Below are positions 51,432-61,159 of a DNA stretch of 64,000 bases, in pieces. A program made the position numbers and the translations under genes. The notes under the pieces were generated by a model, which saw only the letters and a list, made by a program, of their open reading frames with translations, did no database searches and had not been told where the DNA came from. Numbering within the stretch: the stretch's first letter is position 1; each line of letters begins with the position of its first letter. This DNA comes from Dehalococcoidia bacterium (GTDB taxonomy: Bacteria > Chloroflexota > Dehalococcoidia > UBA2979): contig OZ219874.1 of the NCBI GenBank assembly GCA_964291495.2, forward strand, positions 1 through 64,000, written 5' to 3'.

Positions 51432-52535
51432 GGTCACGTCCCGTCAAGTGGTGTCGCTGTGCACCATCCTGATCAGTTCTCAGCTGGCAGCCTGCAGGAG
51501 CACCTCCTCTGCTGAAGTGACCTCGGGTGCGGGCGGGGGCAGCAGCGTCACCGCCGCCATGTAGCGCCTCGCCACGGCCCATTCGTCGTGCTGCTCGGCC
51601 AGCACCGCACCGACCAGGCCGACCACCGCGGCGCGGTTGGGAAAGATGCCGACCACGTCGGTGCGGCGCCGGATCTCGCGGGTTGAGACGCTCGAGCGGG
51701 TTGTTGGACCAGACCTGCCGCCAGTGCGCGAGCGGGCAGGCCGTGAAGGCGAGGACCTCCGGCGCCGCCTCGTCGAGCATCGCCGCGGCCTCCGGGAAGC
51801 GCTCCTCCAGCTGGTCGACGACCCGGGCGTGCTGGGCGTGCACCTCGGCGCCGAGGGCTGCTGGAAGATGGTGCGCACCGTCGTCGCCACCAGCCCCTCG
51901 GCGCTCTTCGGCACGCGGGTCAGCAGGTTGCGCATGAAGTGCGTCCTGCAGCGCTGCCAGGATGCGCCGCCGAAGACGGTTGCGATCGCCTCGCGCAGGC
52001 CCTGGTGGGCGTCCGAGGTGACGAGCTCGACTCCTGCGAGCCCGCGCGCCACGAGGCCCCGAAGAAATGCGAGCCAGAACGCCCCGTCCTCGGAGGTGCT
52101 GACGTCGAATACCCAGCACCTCGCGCTTGCCGTCACAGTTGACGGCGGTGGCGACCACGACGCTGACCTGCTGGATGCGGCCCTCCTCGCGCACGCGCTG
52201 GGTGAGCGCGTCGAGCCAGAGGTAGCGGTAGGGACCTGCGTCGAGCGGTCGCTCGAGGAAGCTCGTCACGACCGTGTCGAGCTCGGAGCAGATGCGCGTG
52301 ACCTGGCTCTTGGAGATGCCCTCGCAGCCGAGCGAGCGCACGAGGTCGTCGACGCGGCGCGTCGAGACGCCCTCGACGTAGGCCTGCGTGACGACCGAGA
52401 CGAGGGCGCGCTCCGAGCGCCGGCGCGGCTCGAGCAGCGAGGGGAAGTAGCTGCCCTCGCGCAGCTTCGGGATACCCAGCTCGATCGTGCCCACGCGCGT
52501 GTCCCAGCGCCTCGGCCGGTAGCCGTTGCGCCGGG
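51432..52535 (-). mobile_element. IS256-family element remnant (frameshifted, 5'-truncated transposase)
   Basis: [29 protein letters not shown] and [12 protein letters not shown] spread over several frames. Terminal sequence GGTCACGTCCCGTCAAGTGGTGT at 51432. Confidence 0.88.
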
Positions 52536-52539
52536 TCGA

Positions 52540-52920
52540 CGGCCCAGGTCATCGCCTCGATGTTCCCCAGCACCTCCACCGCGGTGACGTCGCGCGGCTC
52601 CTCTCCGAGCTGGCGGGCAGTCTGGGCGCGGAGGAGCCGGCGGCCCCCCACCTCGAGGCCCTCGATCCGTGAGGAGGCCACCGCTTCGGCGCGCAGCAGC
52701 AGCCGAGCAAGCGCCTCGGTGTCGGCGAGCGTGCCGGCCGCGTCGAGCAGACGAGCGCCGCCTCGGCGTCGGTGACGTCGGCGGCGACATCCCCGTCAAG
52801 CACGAACCGCCGGCCGACGAGTGGGTCGGGAATGTAGACTTCGTAGTCGCAGGGGCGGCGATCGCGGCGTGTCTGGCCGCGTTCATCGCCCTGCCAGCGC
52901 CGCGCTTCCAACCGGGCCAT
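52540..52920 (-). pseudogene. Fic-family protein N-terminal fragment
   Basis: Y..YIPDPL and LLLRAEAVASSRIEGL. Frameshifted, and cut where the IS256 remnant begins. Confidence 0.7.
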
Positions 52921-53036
52921 CTCGACCTCCTATTCAAGGATACACCAGAACCTTGAATATAGAGCACGGCAGTTGAAGGTTCGGGGCGAGCGCTCTCCTG
53001 AGCAAATGCTGCTGTACGACGGACAAGGAGCAGATC

Positions 53037-53808
53037 ATGTCGGACCTGATCGAGCACCTCCGATCGTTCAACAGGAAGGAGCGCTTCATTCCTGCTGCGC
53101 GAGGCCCTCGGCGGCGACACCCTCGGCGACGACTTCCGCGAGCGGCTCGGCGAAGCCATCGGTGTTGCGATCCCCGAGGACGCGTTCGTCGCGATGGACT
53201 ACCACCTCGACTGGCTGCAGATGGCGCTCTACCTGGCAGCCAATCCCTCGCCGCCGGAGCGTATCCGCAACGACGGACTCGTCTCCGGGAACCAGGAAGA
53301 CGCGGACCTGATCGTCGCGTTCGAGGGGGACTCGACGACGCACGTCGCCCTGGTTGAAGCGAAGGTCGAGACGAACTGGGCGAACAGGCAGCTCAAGTCG
53401 AAGGCCGGGCGGCTTAGCCGGATCTTCGGCGAAGGGCGGCCCGGGGTTCACCTGGCGACGCCCCACTACGTGCTCGCATCACCCGAACCGCCCCCTCCGG
53501 GCATCAGCACCGCCGGTTGGCCCGAGTGGATGAGGCCCCATGACGAGCCGGTCTGGATCGAGCTCAGGAGGCCGGCCCGGCTCAAGAAGCCGACGCGCTG
53601 TACGGCGCACGGGAAGACCTCGCGGCGGGGCCGCTTCGTGAAGATCGAATCGGTGAGCGGCTACGCCCAGCCGGCAGCGTCGGGAGTCGGTCCGCACGAG
53701 GTCGTGCATAAGGGCCAGGCGTACACCGTCGACTCTGAGGGCTTCGTCCTGCTCGCCTCGGGCCGCCGCGACAAGCGCTACAAGTACCCGCTCGTTCAGC
53801 GGTCCTGA
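53037..53808 (+). pseudogene. PD-(D/E)XK nuclease-like protein with +1 frameshift near 53090 (repeat copy 2)
   Basis: AAGGAG RBS; MSDLIEHLRSFNRKERFI / LLREALG..MDYHLDW..EDADL..VEAK. Confidence 0.65.
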
Positions 53809-54001
53809 GCGCTGCCGCCAGCCGTGAGCCGGGTCAAGGCCACGGCACGGCGGGCGGGCCTACAAGCCTCTTACCGACGGATCGCCGGTCCGCCTTGCGC
53901 GGCTACTCCTCTCGGTGAACTCGGCATCGGGCGTCTCGAAGGCGGAAGGAGGGACGCCAAGCCATCGAGCCGCGGTGGAGCCACCTCGTCAGGCTGATCG
54001 G

Positions 54002-54265
54002 TCAAGGGGTTCGTCGTTCCTCGGTCAGCGAGGCACGCCAGAGCACGAGCGCATCCACGACGCGCGCGCTGGGTTCGTCGGCGGATCGATTGCCGGCGGC
54101 GCCATGGCGTCCTTCCCACCAGTCCTCCCCAACGTCGAGTTCGATGCGCTCGACGGAGACCCGCTCGGGCTCGACGTCGTCGAAGCCGTCCTCGTAGCCG
54201 TTCACGACGACGCGCAGATCGGACGGGTGGTCGGCCAGAAGTGCGATCAGTTGTTGTACGGTCAT
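54002..54265 (-). CDS. Small hypothetical protein
   Basis: AAGGAGG RBS; MTVQQLIALL..P.DLRVVV.GYE.G. Confidence 0.65.
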   Translation of the reverse strand: MTVQQLIALLADHPSDLRVVVNGYEDGFDDVEPERVSVERIELDVGEDWWEGRHGAAGNRSADEPSARVVDALVLWRASLTEERRTP

Positions 54266-54364
54266 GGCGTTGCCGCCTCCTTGTTCGCGAAGTGCTCCCC
54301 GCGCCACCATTCCTGCGTATCGCCCTCGCGATCCCGAGCCAGGACATCGCGTGTGGCCGCCGGG

Positions 54365-54811
54365 CTACATGTGATAGTCGACCAGGACGGGCACGTATCC
54401 CCGCTCGGTGTACGACTGCAGCGTGGCGTGGAAGGCTGCATTCCACTCCGGGACATCCTCGTCGAAGCCGACTGCGCGCTCATAGAACGAGTCCCTATCG
54501 GACCAGCCCTCGTCGGGAAGCAGCAGGGCGAACGACGGGGACCCGCCGGGTTTCGCGCCGTCGTAGCGAGACCGACCCTGGCCGACGAACTGGTACCAGT
54601 CCCAGGTCGGATAGGGATTGATCGTCGACCACACCTTGAGCGTCCCGTTGCAGCACGTAGCGTCGTGCTCGTCTTCCCAGCAGTCCTCTTGGTAGGCCGG
54701 AGCCTCGAACAGGTCGCCGTAGGGCTCCATCAGCTCGTCGACACGCGCGTGCCGCTCGGCCTCGGTGCTCGCGTGCTCGGGTTCGACGAGGAAGGTCAAC
54801 AGCAAGTGCAT
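54365..54811 (-). CDS. Hypothetical (phage-like) protein
   Basis: NP..TWDWY and a C-terminal VLVDYH pattern. Confidence 0.6.
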   Translation of the reverse strand: MHLLLTFLVEPEHASTEAERHARVDELMEPYGDLFEAPAYQEDCWEDEHDATCCNGTLKVWSTINPYPTWDWYQFVGQGRSRYDGAKPGGSPSFALLLPDEGWSDRDSFYERAVGFDEDVPEWNAAFHATLQSYTERGYVPVLVDYHM

Positions 54812-55058
54812 GCGTCCCCCGTGCCGTTGCGGGGAGCACCGATGCGACACGGTGCATCGTGCTCGTCGCCTCTACGCCACACCATTCTAGCGAGCGACCG
54901 GGCCCCGGCCCGCGGGGCTCCCCGCGCATAGCGGCCGGTCTTGCGTGAAGGGGTCTCTGAGCGAGATGTGAATAGACAGGCAGTGCGGGTAGGGCTCAAC
55001 CCGCACCATCAGAGCGATCGTTGGCCCGTGGGTGCGACCAGGACAGGGGGCGACGAGG

Positions 55059-55332
55059 ATGGGAACGAGACAGCCTGAAGCGCAGAAGCAAGGGACGCGG
55101 GAGCTGCCGAGCTTGGCGGTCACACTCGATGTCCGCGCGTACGCGGGTCCGCCGACGAAGGCGTGGAACGACCTGTGGTCGAGGATCATCAAGGAGCTGT
55201 CCGCTGAGTTCGACCGTCAAGATCGAGGGGGTGTCCCCGCAGATCGTGCCGAGCGAGCTCTTTGAGCGCGCCCGGGCGCGCCTCGATAGCCCCCTCGAAG
55301 CGACCGAACTCCGTCCGGATCTCCCGGGCTGA
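55059..55332 (+). pseudogene. Small ORF joined to a remnant of a serine-recombinase domain
   Basis: PQIVPSELFERARARL resembles EALVTSELFERVQ of the 16764-18710 integrase. Confidence 0.4.
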
Positions 55333-55585
55333 ACCGGTAGAAGGCAGGTGGAAGAGCGTCGAGCTGTGCCGCCCGATGAGCGCGCCGAGAGGGTGAGCGA
55401 CTTGCCGCAGGCGTGCGCAAGCACGCCGGCGGCGATACCTGAGCGGGGTCGCGGCCTTTGTGACCTAGGCTTCTGCGGCCGGAACGCTCGACACTTGATC
55501 GGGAAGTTGGCCCCACTTTGGCCCCAAGGTGGCGCCGCTCAAGCCAACCGAACGGACAAGGGCGGCGAAAAACCCTTGTGGTTGT

Positions 55586-55634
55586 TGGTGCCCCCAAGCG
55601 GGTTCGAACCGCTGTTTCCACCTCGAAAGGGTGG
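55586..55634 (-). pseudogene. 3' half of tRNA-Glu(UUC), att-like remnant
   Basis: The minus strand reads CCACC-CTTTCGA-GGTGG-AAAC-AGCGG-TTCGAAC-CCGCT-TGGGGGC-ACCA. No 5' acceptor strand or D-arm. Confidence 0.85.
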
Positions 55635-56139
55635 GGTTCCACTCTGCGCATTGCGCGAGCACCTCGAGGAACGGAGATTCGACTCGCAGCAGGCGGCGGC
55701 AGTCGCCGATGTGGTGCAAGCGACGATGGCCGATGTTGGATGGGCGATCGACAGGTTCCCGCGGGAGATAGTCGACAGCTACCAGTGGCGGCCGACGTCG
55801 ACAATCGACAGCTACCCGTGGACGATCACGGAGGAAGTCCGCAGCCTCCGGCATGGCCGTCACGGCCATGGCCCTGGCGACGGTCACGATGGTTGTTGCG
55901 CTGATCGTCTTCGCGTTGGTGCTGGTCGCTATCGGAAAAAACTCGCAGCCGGACATCGGATCCCCCGATCCACCGCTGAGCCAGGAGGCGCCCGTCACCC
56001 CAGGTCGCTAAGGCCGGTCGCTGCGGCTCGAGTTACACCGGAGCCCGGGTCGTGCCGAAGAGGCCTCGCCGCAGTTCGTAGGTCCGGTGAAGGCTCCGCG
56101 CTCGTTTCGCCGCGGCCTGTCGCACGCCGGCGACCACTC

Positions 56140-56254
56140 GCCGCCGGCGACCGCCACGCCGACGCCCGCGCCGACCCCGGCCGCCACTCCGGCGCCAACC
56201 AGCACGCCGACCGCCACCGCCACGCCCGACGGCCAGCGCGCCAGTCGCGGGCTC
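56140..56254 (+). pseudogene. Stalk-only relic of an LRR lipoprotein gene
   Basis: DNA matches ~58728-58789, then jumps to the sequence found downstream of that gene (60652). Confidence 0.6.
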
Positions 56255-56259
56255 AGAAG

Positions 56260-56312
56260 CCGGGCTGGCACGTGGTGGAGATGCGCCACAGCCGACCCGG
56301 TGGCGAGTTGGC
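56260..56312. repeat. Hairpin repeat A (second copy at 60652-60701)
   Basis: CCGGGCTGGCACGT(G/A)GTGGAGATGCG..CAGCCG(A)CCCGGTGGCGAGTTGGC. Confidence 0.85.
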
Positions 56313-56348
56313 AGCGCGCCGCATCGGGCGTAAGCCAGGCAAGCCTTC

Positions 56349-57014
56349 TCAGGTCAACACCGCACGGTACTCGGCGAGTAGCGCCTCGACGTAGCGCCGC
56401 GCCGCGCCGCCGGCGAGATCGCGATCGCCGGGAGGGAGGGGCAGGCCGTCTTGCTGCTCCGCCAGCGCGTCGCCGGACGAGCGATCGGCGAAGAACACGT
56501 AGGCGATGCCGTCCGGCTCGAGTCGGGACCTCCAGCTCAACCCCGCTGCCTCCGTGTCCCAACTGCGGATCGCCGCGGCCCAGCGGCGCGTCATGGCGTA
56601 CTCCGCTGCGGGGGCGACAGTGAGCCACCCATCCTGCCCGAGCGCAGCCAGGTCACGGCCGGAGCGCAGACTTACAAGATTCAGGTCGCGGGTTGTGCGC
56701 AGCCACCCGATGCGCAGGCCGTCAAGCTGTCGGCGGGGCAGCAGGCGACCTCCGCGCTCGTCGATCGGCAACTCGCGGAGCAGCGCTTCGGCCACGGCGG
56801 TGGAGTCGTCGCCGGCTGCATAGAGGAAGGCGTACGGATCCTCGAGTGTGGAGTCAAAACGCCCGCCCTCGAGAGCACTCCGCGCCACGGTTGGGTTGAA
56901 GGCGGCGACGTCGAACGCTGCATCGTGCAGGCGCGTGAGCACCGTGCCGGCCCGCAGCACCAGCCGCCGTGGTGTGCCATCGAAACGGGGCGGCGGCAGG
57001 AGGTGTGGTGGCAA
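56349..57014 (-). CDS. RES-domain toxin
   Basis: R.H, FNP, GGRFD, LYAA..AVAE and GL.WRSR. Confidence 0.85.
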   Translation of the reverse strand: MPPHLLPPPRFDGTPRRLVLRAGTVLTRLHDAAFDVAAFNPTVARSALEGGRFDSTLEDPYAFLYAAGDDSTAVAEALLRELPIDERGGRLLPRRQLDGLRIGWLRTTRDLNLVSLRSGRDLAALGQDGWLTVAPAAEYAMTRRWAAAIRSWDTEAAGLSWRSRLEPDGIAYVFFADRSSGDALAEQQDGLPLPPGDRDLAGGAARRYVEALLAEYRAVLT

Positions 57015-57027
57015 CCGCGCGTTCCCG

Positions 57028-57747
57028 CTAGCCGAGAGGCCGGGTCAGAGCGCTGGCTACAGCGGCCAGCTCGCTGGCGCGCTCTGTGCCGACCAGGTCG
57101 CGCGGCCGCGCCCCAAGGCGATCGTTGCGCGAGATCCACCAGGAGGCGACGCCCCACGGATCGCCGGCAGCATCGAGTTGCTCGTTGACCGTCCGTACCT
57201 CGGGCGCCACATCGCGGTGTGCAGCGTCGAACTGGAAAGTCGGAAAAAGATAGCCGCGACCCGCCAGCAGGCCGAGCAGCCACGAGCGTTCGCGGTAGCG
57301 TCGCACCCGCTCGCGGTTCTCCCGCCTGGCCCCGAGCGCCAGTGCAGCGTCTCCGGCCTCGATCATCGGCTCGTCCCAGATCGCGCGCAGCGCCTCGCCC
57401 TCGACCTGTGTCTGGAGCAGCAGCGCACGCTCGTGCTCGTCAAGCACGCGACGGGGCTCGCCACCGAGCCGCCGCGCGAACTCGTGCTGATTCGCTAGCA
57501 GCGCGAGCAAGCTGTGAATCCGCGCCTCGGCCCCGGACAGCGCCCCGTGCCGCGCCGCCAATCGCGCCGCCGCGTCGAGCAACTCCTCTTGCTCTGCCTG
57601 CCAAGTATCTGCGAGCCGCGTCAGGATGCGCGGGACGTCGCGCCCCCGGCGCTGCGCCAACGCCACGCAGGCGATCTCCAGCTGCTCGTCGTCGAGCTCG
57701 CGGGCGAATTCACTGATGCGTTGTTCCAAGTCGGGTTGGGACGTCAT
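57028..57747 (-). CDS. Antitoxin partner of the RES toxin (Xre/MbcA-like)
   Basis: YLFPTFQFD..W....WW...N.RLG.RP.DL. Extended -10 TGGTATAAT at 57787-57795 on the minus strand. Confidence 0.75.
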   Translation of the reverse strand: MTSQPDLEQRISEFARELDDEQLEIACVALAQRRGRDVPRILTRLADTWQAEQEELLDAAARLAARHGALSGAEARIHSLLALLANQHEFARRLGGEPRRVLDEHERALLLQTQVEGEALRAIWDEPMIEAGDAALALGARRENRERVRRYRERSWLLGLLAGRGYLFPTFQFDAAHRDVAPEVRTVNEQLDAAGDPWGVASWWISRNDRLGARPRDLVGTERASELAAVASALTRPLG

Positions 57748-57829
57748 GAGAGGTGCTCCGGGCTATGTTGCTGACGATCCAGTGCGATTATACCACTGTC
57801 AGAAACGTATCACCGGCGACGGCTCGCAG

Positions 57830-57903
57830 CGCTTTGACCATCTCCAAACTGCGGAGACAGGCTCGACTCACTGAGCCCCCGGCGGATGCGTGTCAACCGC
57901 CGG
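57830..57903. repeat. Three-hairpin repeat B (second copy at 62280-62353)
   Basis: 74 bp, with 4 differences between the copies. Confidence 0.88.
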
Positions 57904-58403
57904 GGCTTCAGAGTTGCCGGGAGCACGATGGGCTGACGCTCCCGCTAGTACGTCCGCCTGAAGTGTACCCAGGTCGCGATCAGAAGGCCCACGCCAAGGA
58001 CGGCAATGACGCACACTTGGACGAGCCATGCCGAGACAAGACTGGGGTCACCGATCGACCCGCCCGCCAGCACCCAAGACACCCAGATCATGAGAGTACC
58101 GCCCAATAGGCCGATACAGGTGCAGATGAATGGCAGGCGAATCACGTCCATCAGTCCCTCCGGGATCCACCACCAAATGGTCCCACATCCCGCTCGGTCG
58201 CCTCGAGCGGTTCGGCGGCGCCGGGCGACGTATTGACACGACCGACCGCGCGCCGCACGCTGACTACGGCTCACCACAGCCGCGTCGTACCAGGCAGAGG
58301 CCTCTTCGGATTGAGGCTGTCCGCGCCCCCTTGGAGGCTCTAAGCCGGGTACCTGGCGGCTTGTGGTGAGTAGCCGATATCCGCGCCACAAGGGGGCACC
58401 TCG

Positions 58404-60596
58404 ATGGGCCTGCTGCCGCCACTCGCCAGGCCGAGGAACACGCTAGAGGCGGTCGCGCTCGTCGCGGGGGTCTGCTCCATAGCGCTACTCGCGCTGGTCG
58501 GCACCTCGTGCGAGGGCGAGGAGTCCCAGGACACCGCAGCACGTCCAGAGCCCACCGCGACGCCACAGGCCACCGCAACAGCACTCACGACCGCCACGCC
58601 ACGTGCCACCACTGTGCCGCAGGCGACCGCCATGGTACCGGCGACCGCCACGCCTGAGGCCACCGCCACGCCGCGAGCGACCGCCACGCCGCAGGCCACC
58701 GCTACCCCGCAGGCCACCGCTACCCGGGCGCCAACCAGCACGCCGACCACCACGGCCACACCGATGGCCAGCACGCCAGTGGCGGGCTCCGCAGCGCCGG
58801 ACCGGGCCGTGCTGGCCGCGCTCTACAACGCCACGGGCGGCGCCAACTGGCTGAACAGCACGAATTGGCTGACCGACAGGCCGATCGGCGAGTGGCATGG
58901 CGTCACCACGGACGGGGCCGGCCGCGTCACGGCGCTGAACCTTGAGGCGAACCAGTTGAGCGGGCCGCTTCCGGCCGATTTGGGTGACTTGGCCAACCTG
59001 CAGGCCCTGTCCCTACAAGACAATCAGTTGAGCGGGTCGATTCCGGCAGAACTCGGTGAACTGACCAACCTGAGGGTCCTGTCCCTGGAGAACAATCGGT
59101 TGAGCGGTTCGATCCCGGCCGCATTGGGTGACCTGGCCAACTTGACGGCCTTGTTCCTACAGAACAATCGGCTGGGCGGGCCCATCCCGGCCGAGCTGGG
59201 CGAACTGGCGAACGTGAGGATCATGCTCCTCACCGGTAACGATTCGATCGAATGCGTCCCTCGTGGCTTGCGCGACGTCGGTTTGTCGGACTTGCGGTTC
59301 TGCGTGCCGGCCGATTACGCGCCGACCGGCACGCAGATCTCGAACAGGGACGCGCTCGTCGCGCTCTATGAAGCGACCCAAGGGGCACTCTGGCTGAACA
59401 GCACCAATTGGCTGACCGAGAGGCCGATCGGCGAGTGGCACGGCGTAACCACGGACGGCGCGGGCCGGGTCATCGTGCTGCGCCTCTCGCAGAACGGGCT
59501 GATTGGGCAGCTCCCTGCGGAGCTCGGCAGTCTCGCCCACCTCGAGGGCCTGCTGCTTGCGTCAAACTTCCTGAACGGGCCGATTCCCGCCGAGCTGGGT
59601 GGTCTCGCGAACCTCGGAGGCTTGGATCTCTCGAACAACGAGCTGAGCGGACCGATCCCGGTCTCGCTCGGAGAACTCACCCTCTTGACCTCCCTGTCCC
59701 TCGGCGCGAACCAGCTGAGCGGGCCGATCCCGGCCGAGTTAGGGAGCCTTCCCAACCTCACGGAGCTGCGGTTGAGCCAGAACGAGTTGCACGGGCCGAT
59801 TCCCCCAGAGTTGGGCGGCCTCAGCGAACTCAGGTGGCTGGGGCTCTCGGGAAACGAGCTGAGCGGAGCGATCCCGGCCGAGTTGGGTGGCCTCGCGAGG
59901 CTGCAGTGGCTGAAGATCTCCGGGAACAGGCTAAGCGGGCTGATCCCGCCAGCGTTGGCCCGCCTCACCGGCTTGCGGGAGTTGGTCCTCGACGGCAACG
60001 AGTTGAGCGGGCCTGTCCCGGCCTGGATTGGACAGTTCACCGCCCTCGGAAACTTGTCGCTCGGAGCGAATCAGTTGAGCGGGCCGATCCCGGCGGAGTT
60101 GGGCAACCTCAGCAACCTGAAGCGGCTGTCCCTTGGGGCGAATCAACTGAGCGGGCCGATTCCGCCGGAGTTGGGCAACCTCAGCAACCTGGCGGCGCTC
60201 TCCCTCGAGGAGAATCGGCTAAGCGGGCCGATTCCCCCAGCGTTGAGCCGCCTCACCAGCTTGTCGGAGTTGATCCTCGACGGCAACGAGTTGAGCGGGC
60301 CAGTTCGGGCTTGGATTGGAGAGCTCATCGCCCTCGAGTACCTGTTCCTCGGAGCGAACCGGCTCAGCGGGCCGATTCCGCCGGAGTTGGGGAACCTCAG
60401 CAACCTGCGGACGCTCTCCCTCGAGGCGAATCAACTGAGCGGGCCGATCCCCCCAGAGTTGAGTGACCTGGTCAACCTGCAGCTGAGTACCCTCTTCCTG
60501 GCCGGCAATGAGTTCACTGGGTGCATACCCGGAGGCTTGCGAGAGCTTCCGCAGAGTGATCTGGGTGCGCTCGGTCTAGCGTTCTGCGAGCTCTAG
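58404..60596 (+). CDS. Large LRR lipoprotein with two N-cap/LRR blocks
   Basis: Signal peptide ending GTSC, a TATP stalk, two DR..L.ALY.AT.G..WLNSTNWLT caps and many 24-aa LRRs. Confidence 0.92.
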   Translation: MGLLPPLARPRNTLEAVALVAGVCSIALLALVGTSCEGEESQDTAARPEPTATPQATATALTTATPRATTVPQATAMVPATATPEATATPRATATPQATATPQATATRAPTSTPTTTATPMASTPVAGSAAPDRAVLAALYNATGGANWLNSTNWLTDRPIGEWHGVTTDGAGRVTALNLEANQLSGPLPADLGDLANLQALSLQDNQLSGSIPAELGELTNLRVLSLENNRLSGSIPAALGDLANLTALFLQNNRLGGPIPAELGELANVRIMLLTGNDSIECVPRGLRDVGLSDLRFCVPADYAPTGTQISNRDALVALYEATQGALWLNSTNWLTERPIGEWHGVTTDGAGRVIVLRLSQNGLIGQLPAELGSLAHLEGLLLASNFLNGPIPAELGGLANLGGLDLSNNELSGPIPVSLGELTLLTSLSLGANQLSGPIPAELGSLPNLTELRLSQNELHGPIPPELGGLSELRWLGLSGNELSGAIPAELGGLARLQWLKISGNRLSGLIPPALARLTGLRELVLDGNELSGPVPAWIGQFTALGNLSLGANQLSGPIPAELGNLSNLKRLSLGANQLSGPIPPELGNLSNLAALSLEENRLSGPIPPALSRLTSLSELILDGNELSGPVRAWIGELIALEYLFLGANRLSGPIPPELGNLSNLRTLSLEANQLSGPIPPELSDLVNLQLSTLFLAGNEFTGCIPGGLRELPQSDLGALGLAFCEL

Positions 60597-60732
60597 CCGG
60601 GCGCTTGACTCGGGGGCCGTTCCAGCACCTCGACGTGCGCGCCCAGCGGAACCGGGCTGGCACGTAGTGGAGATGCGTCAGCCGCCCGGTGGCGAGTTGG
60701 CCGTACGCCGCTGACGTAGGGAGACAACCACG

Positions 60733-61125
60733 ATGACGGGAACCTCGCCTCCGCACCCGGACTACGGAGCCGACGTGCGCGCGTTCCGCTCCGAGTTTCC
60801 GGACGTAGTCACTGAGCTGCGCCGACTGCTCGGCGCCAGGATCTGCGCGGTCTTGGGGTCGGTACAGGACACACGCGTCGTCGAGGAGTGGGCGGCGGGC
60901 TCACGCAAACCGCCGGCGACAGTAGAGCGGCGGCTGCGCGTCGCCCTGCAGGCCGCCGCACCGATCGCCGAGGCGGACTCGCCCGGCGTGGCCCAGGCCT
61001 GGTTCCGGGGTATGAACCCGCTACTTGACGACCACTCGCCGCTGCTGCTGCTGAGCGATGGAGACCTCGACGAAGCGCAGCCCGCGGTGATCGGCGCGGC
61101 CCGGGAGTTCGTCGCCGCCGGCTAG
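60733..61125 (+). CDS. Xre/MbcA-like antitoxin (no adjacent RES gene)
   Basis: LRRLLGAR...WAAG...VAQAWFRGMNPLLDDHSP. Confidence 0.7.
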   Translation: MTGTSPPHPDYGADVRAFRSEFPDVVTELRRLLGARICAVLGSVQDTRVVEEWAAGSRKPPATVERRLRVALQAAAPIAEADSPGVAQAWFRGMNPLLDDHSPLLLLSDGDLDEAQPAVIGAAREFVAAG

Positions 61126-61159
61126 GCTGCACTCGTCCGTGACCGGCAGATTCCTCGTG
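61094..61159. repeat. Repeat C (second copy at 62195-62259), containing the antitoxin 3' end
   Basis: GCGCGGCCCGGGAGTTCGTCGCCGCC(G/A)GCTAGGCTGCACTCGTCCGT...CAGATTCCTCGTG. Confidence 0.85.

Noticed and set aside
43700-60500. 72-bp periodic repeats as a CRISPR array or DGR
   Set aside because: They are in-frame LRR codons. There are no unique spacers, cas genes or reverse transcriptase.
56260-60701. Repeat A as an integron attC site
   Set aside because: It is an imperfect hairpin, but the RYYYAAC/GTTRRRY boxes are not conserved in both copies and there is no IntI in the window.
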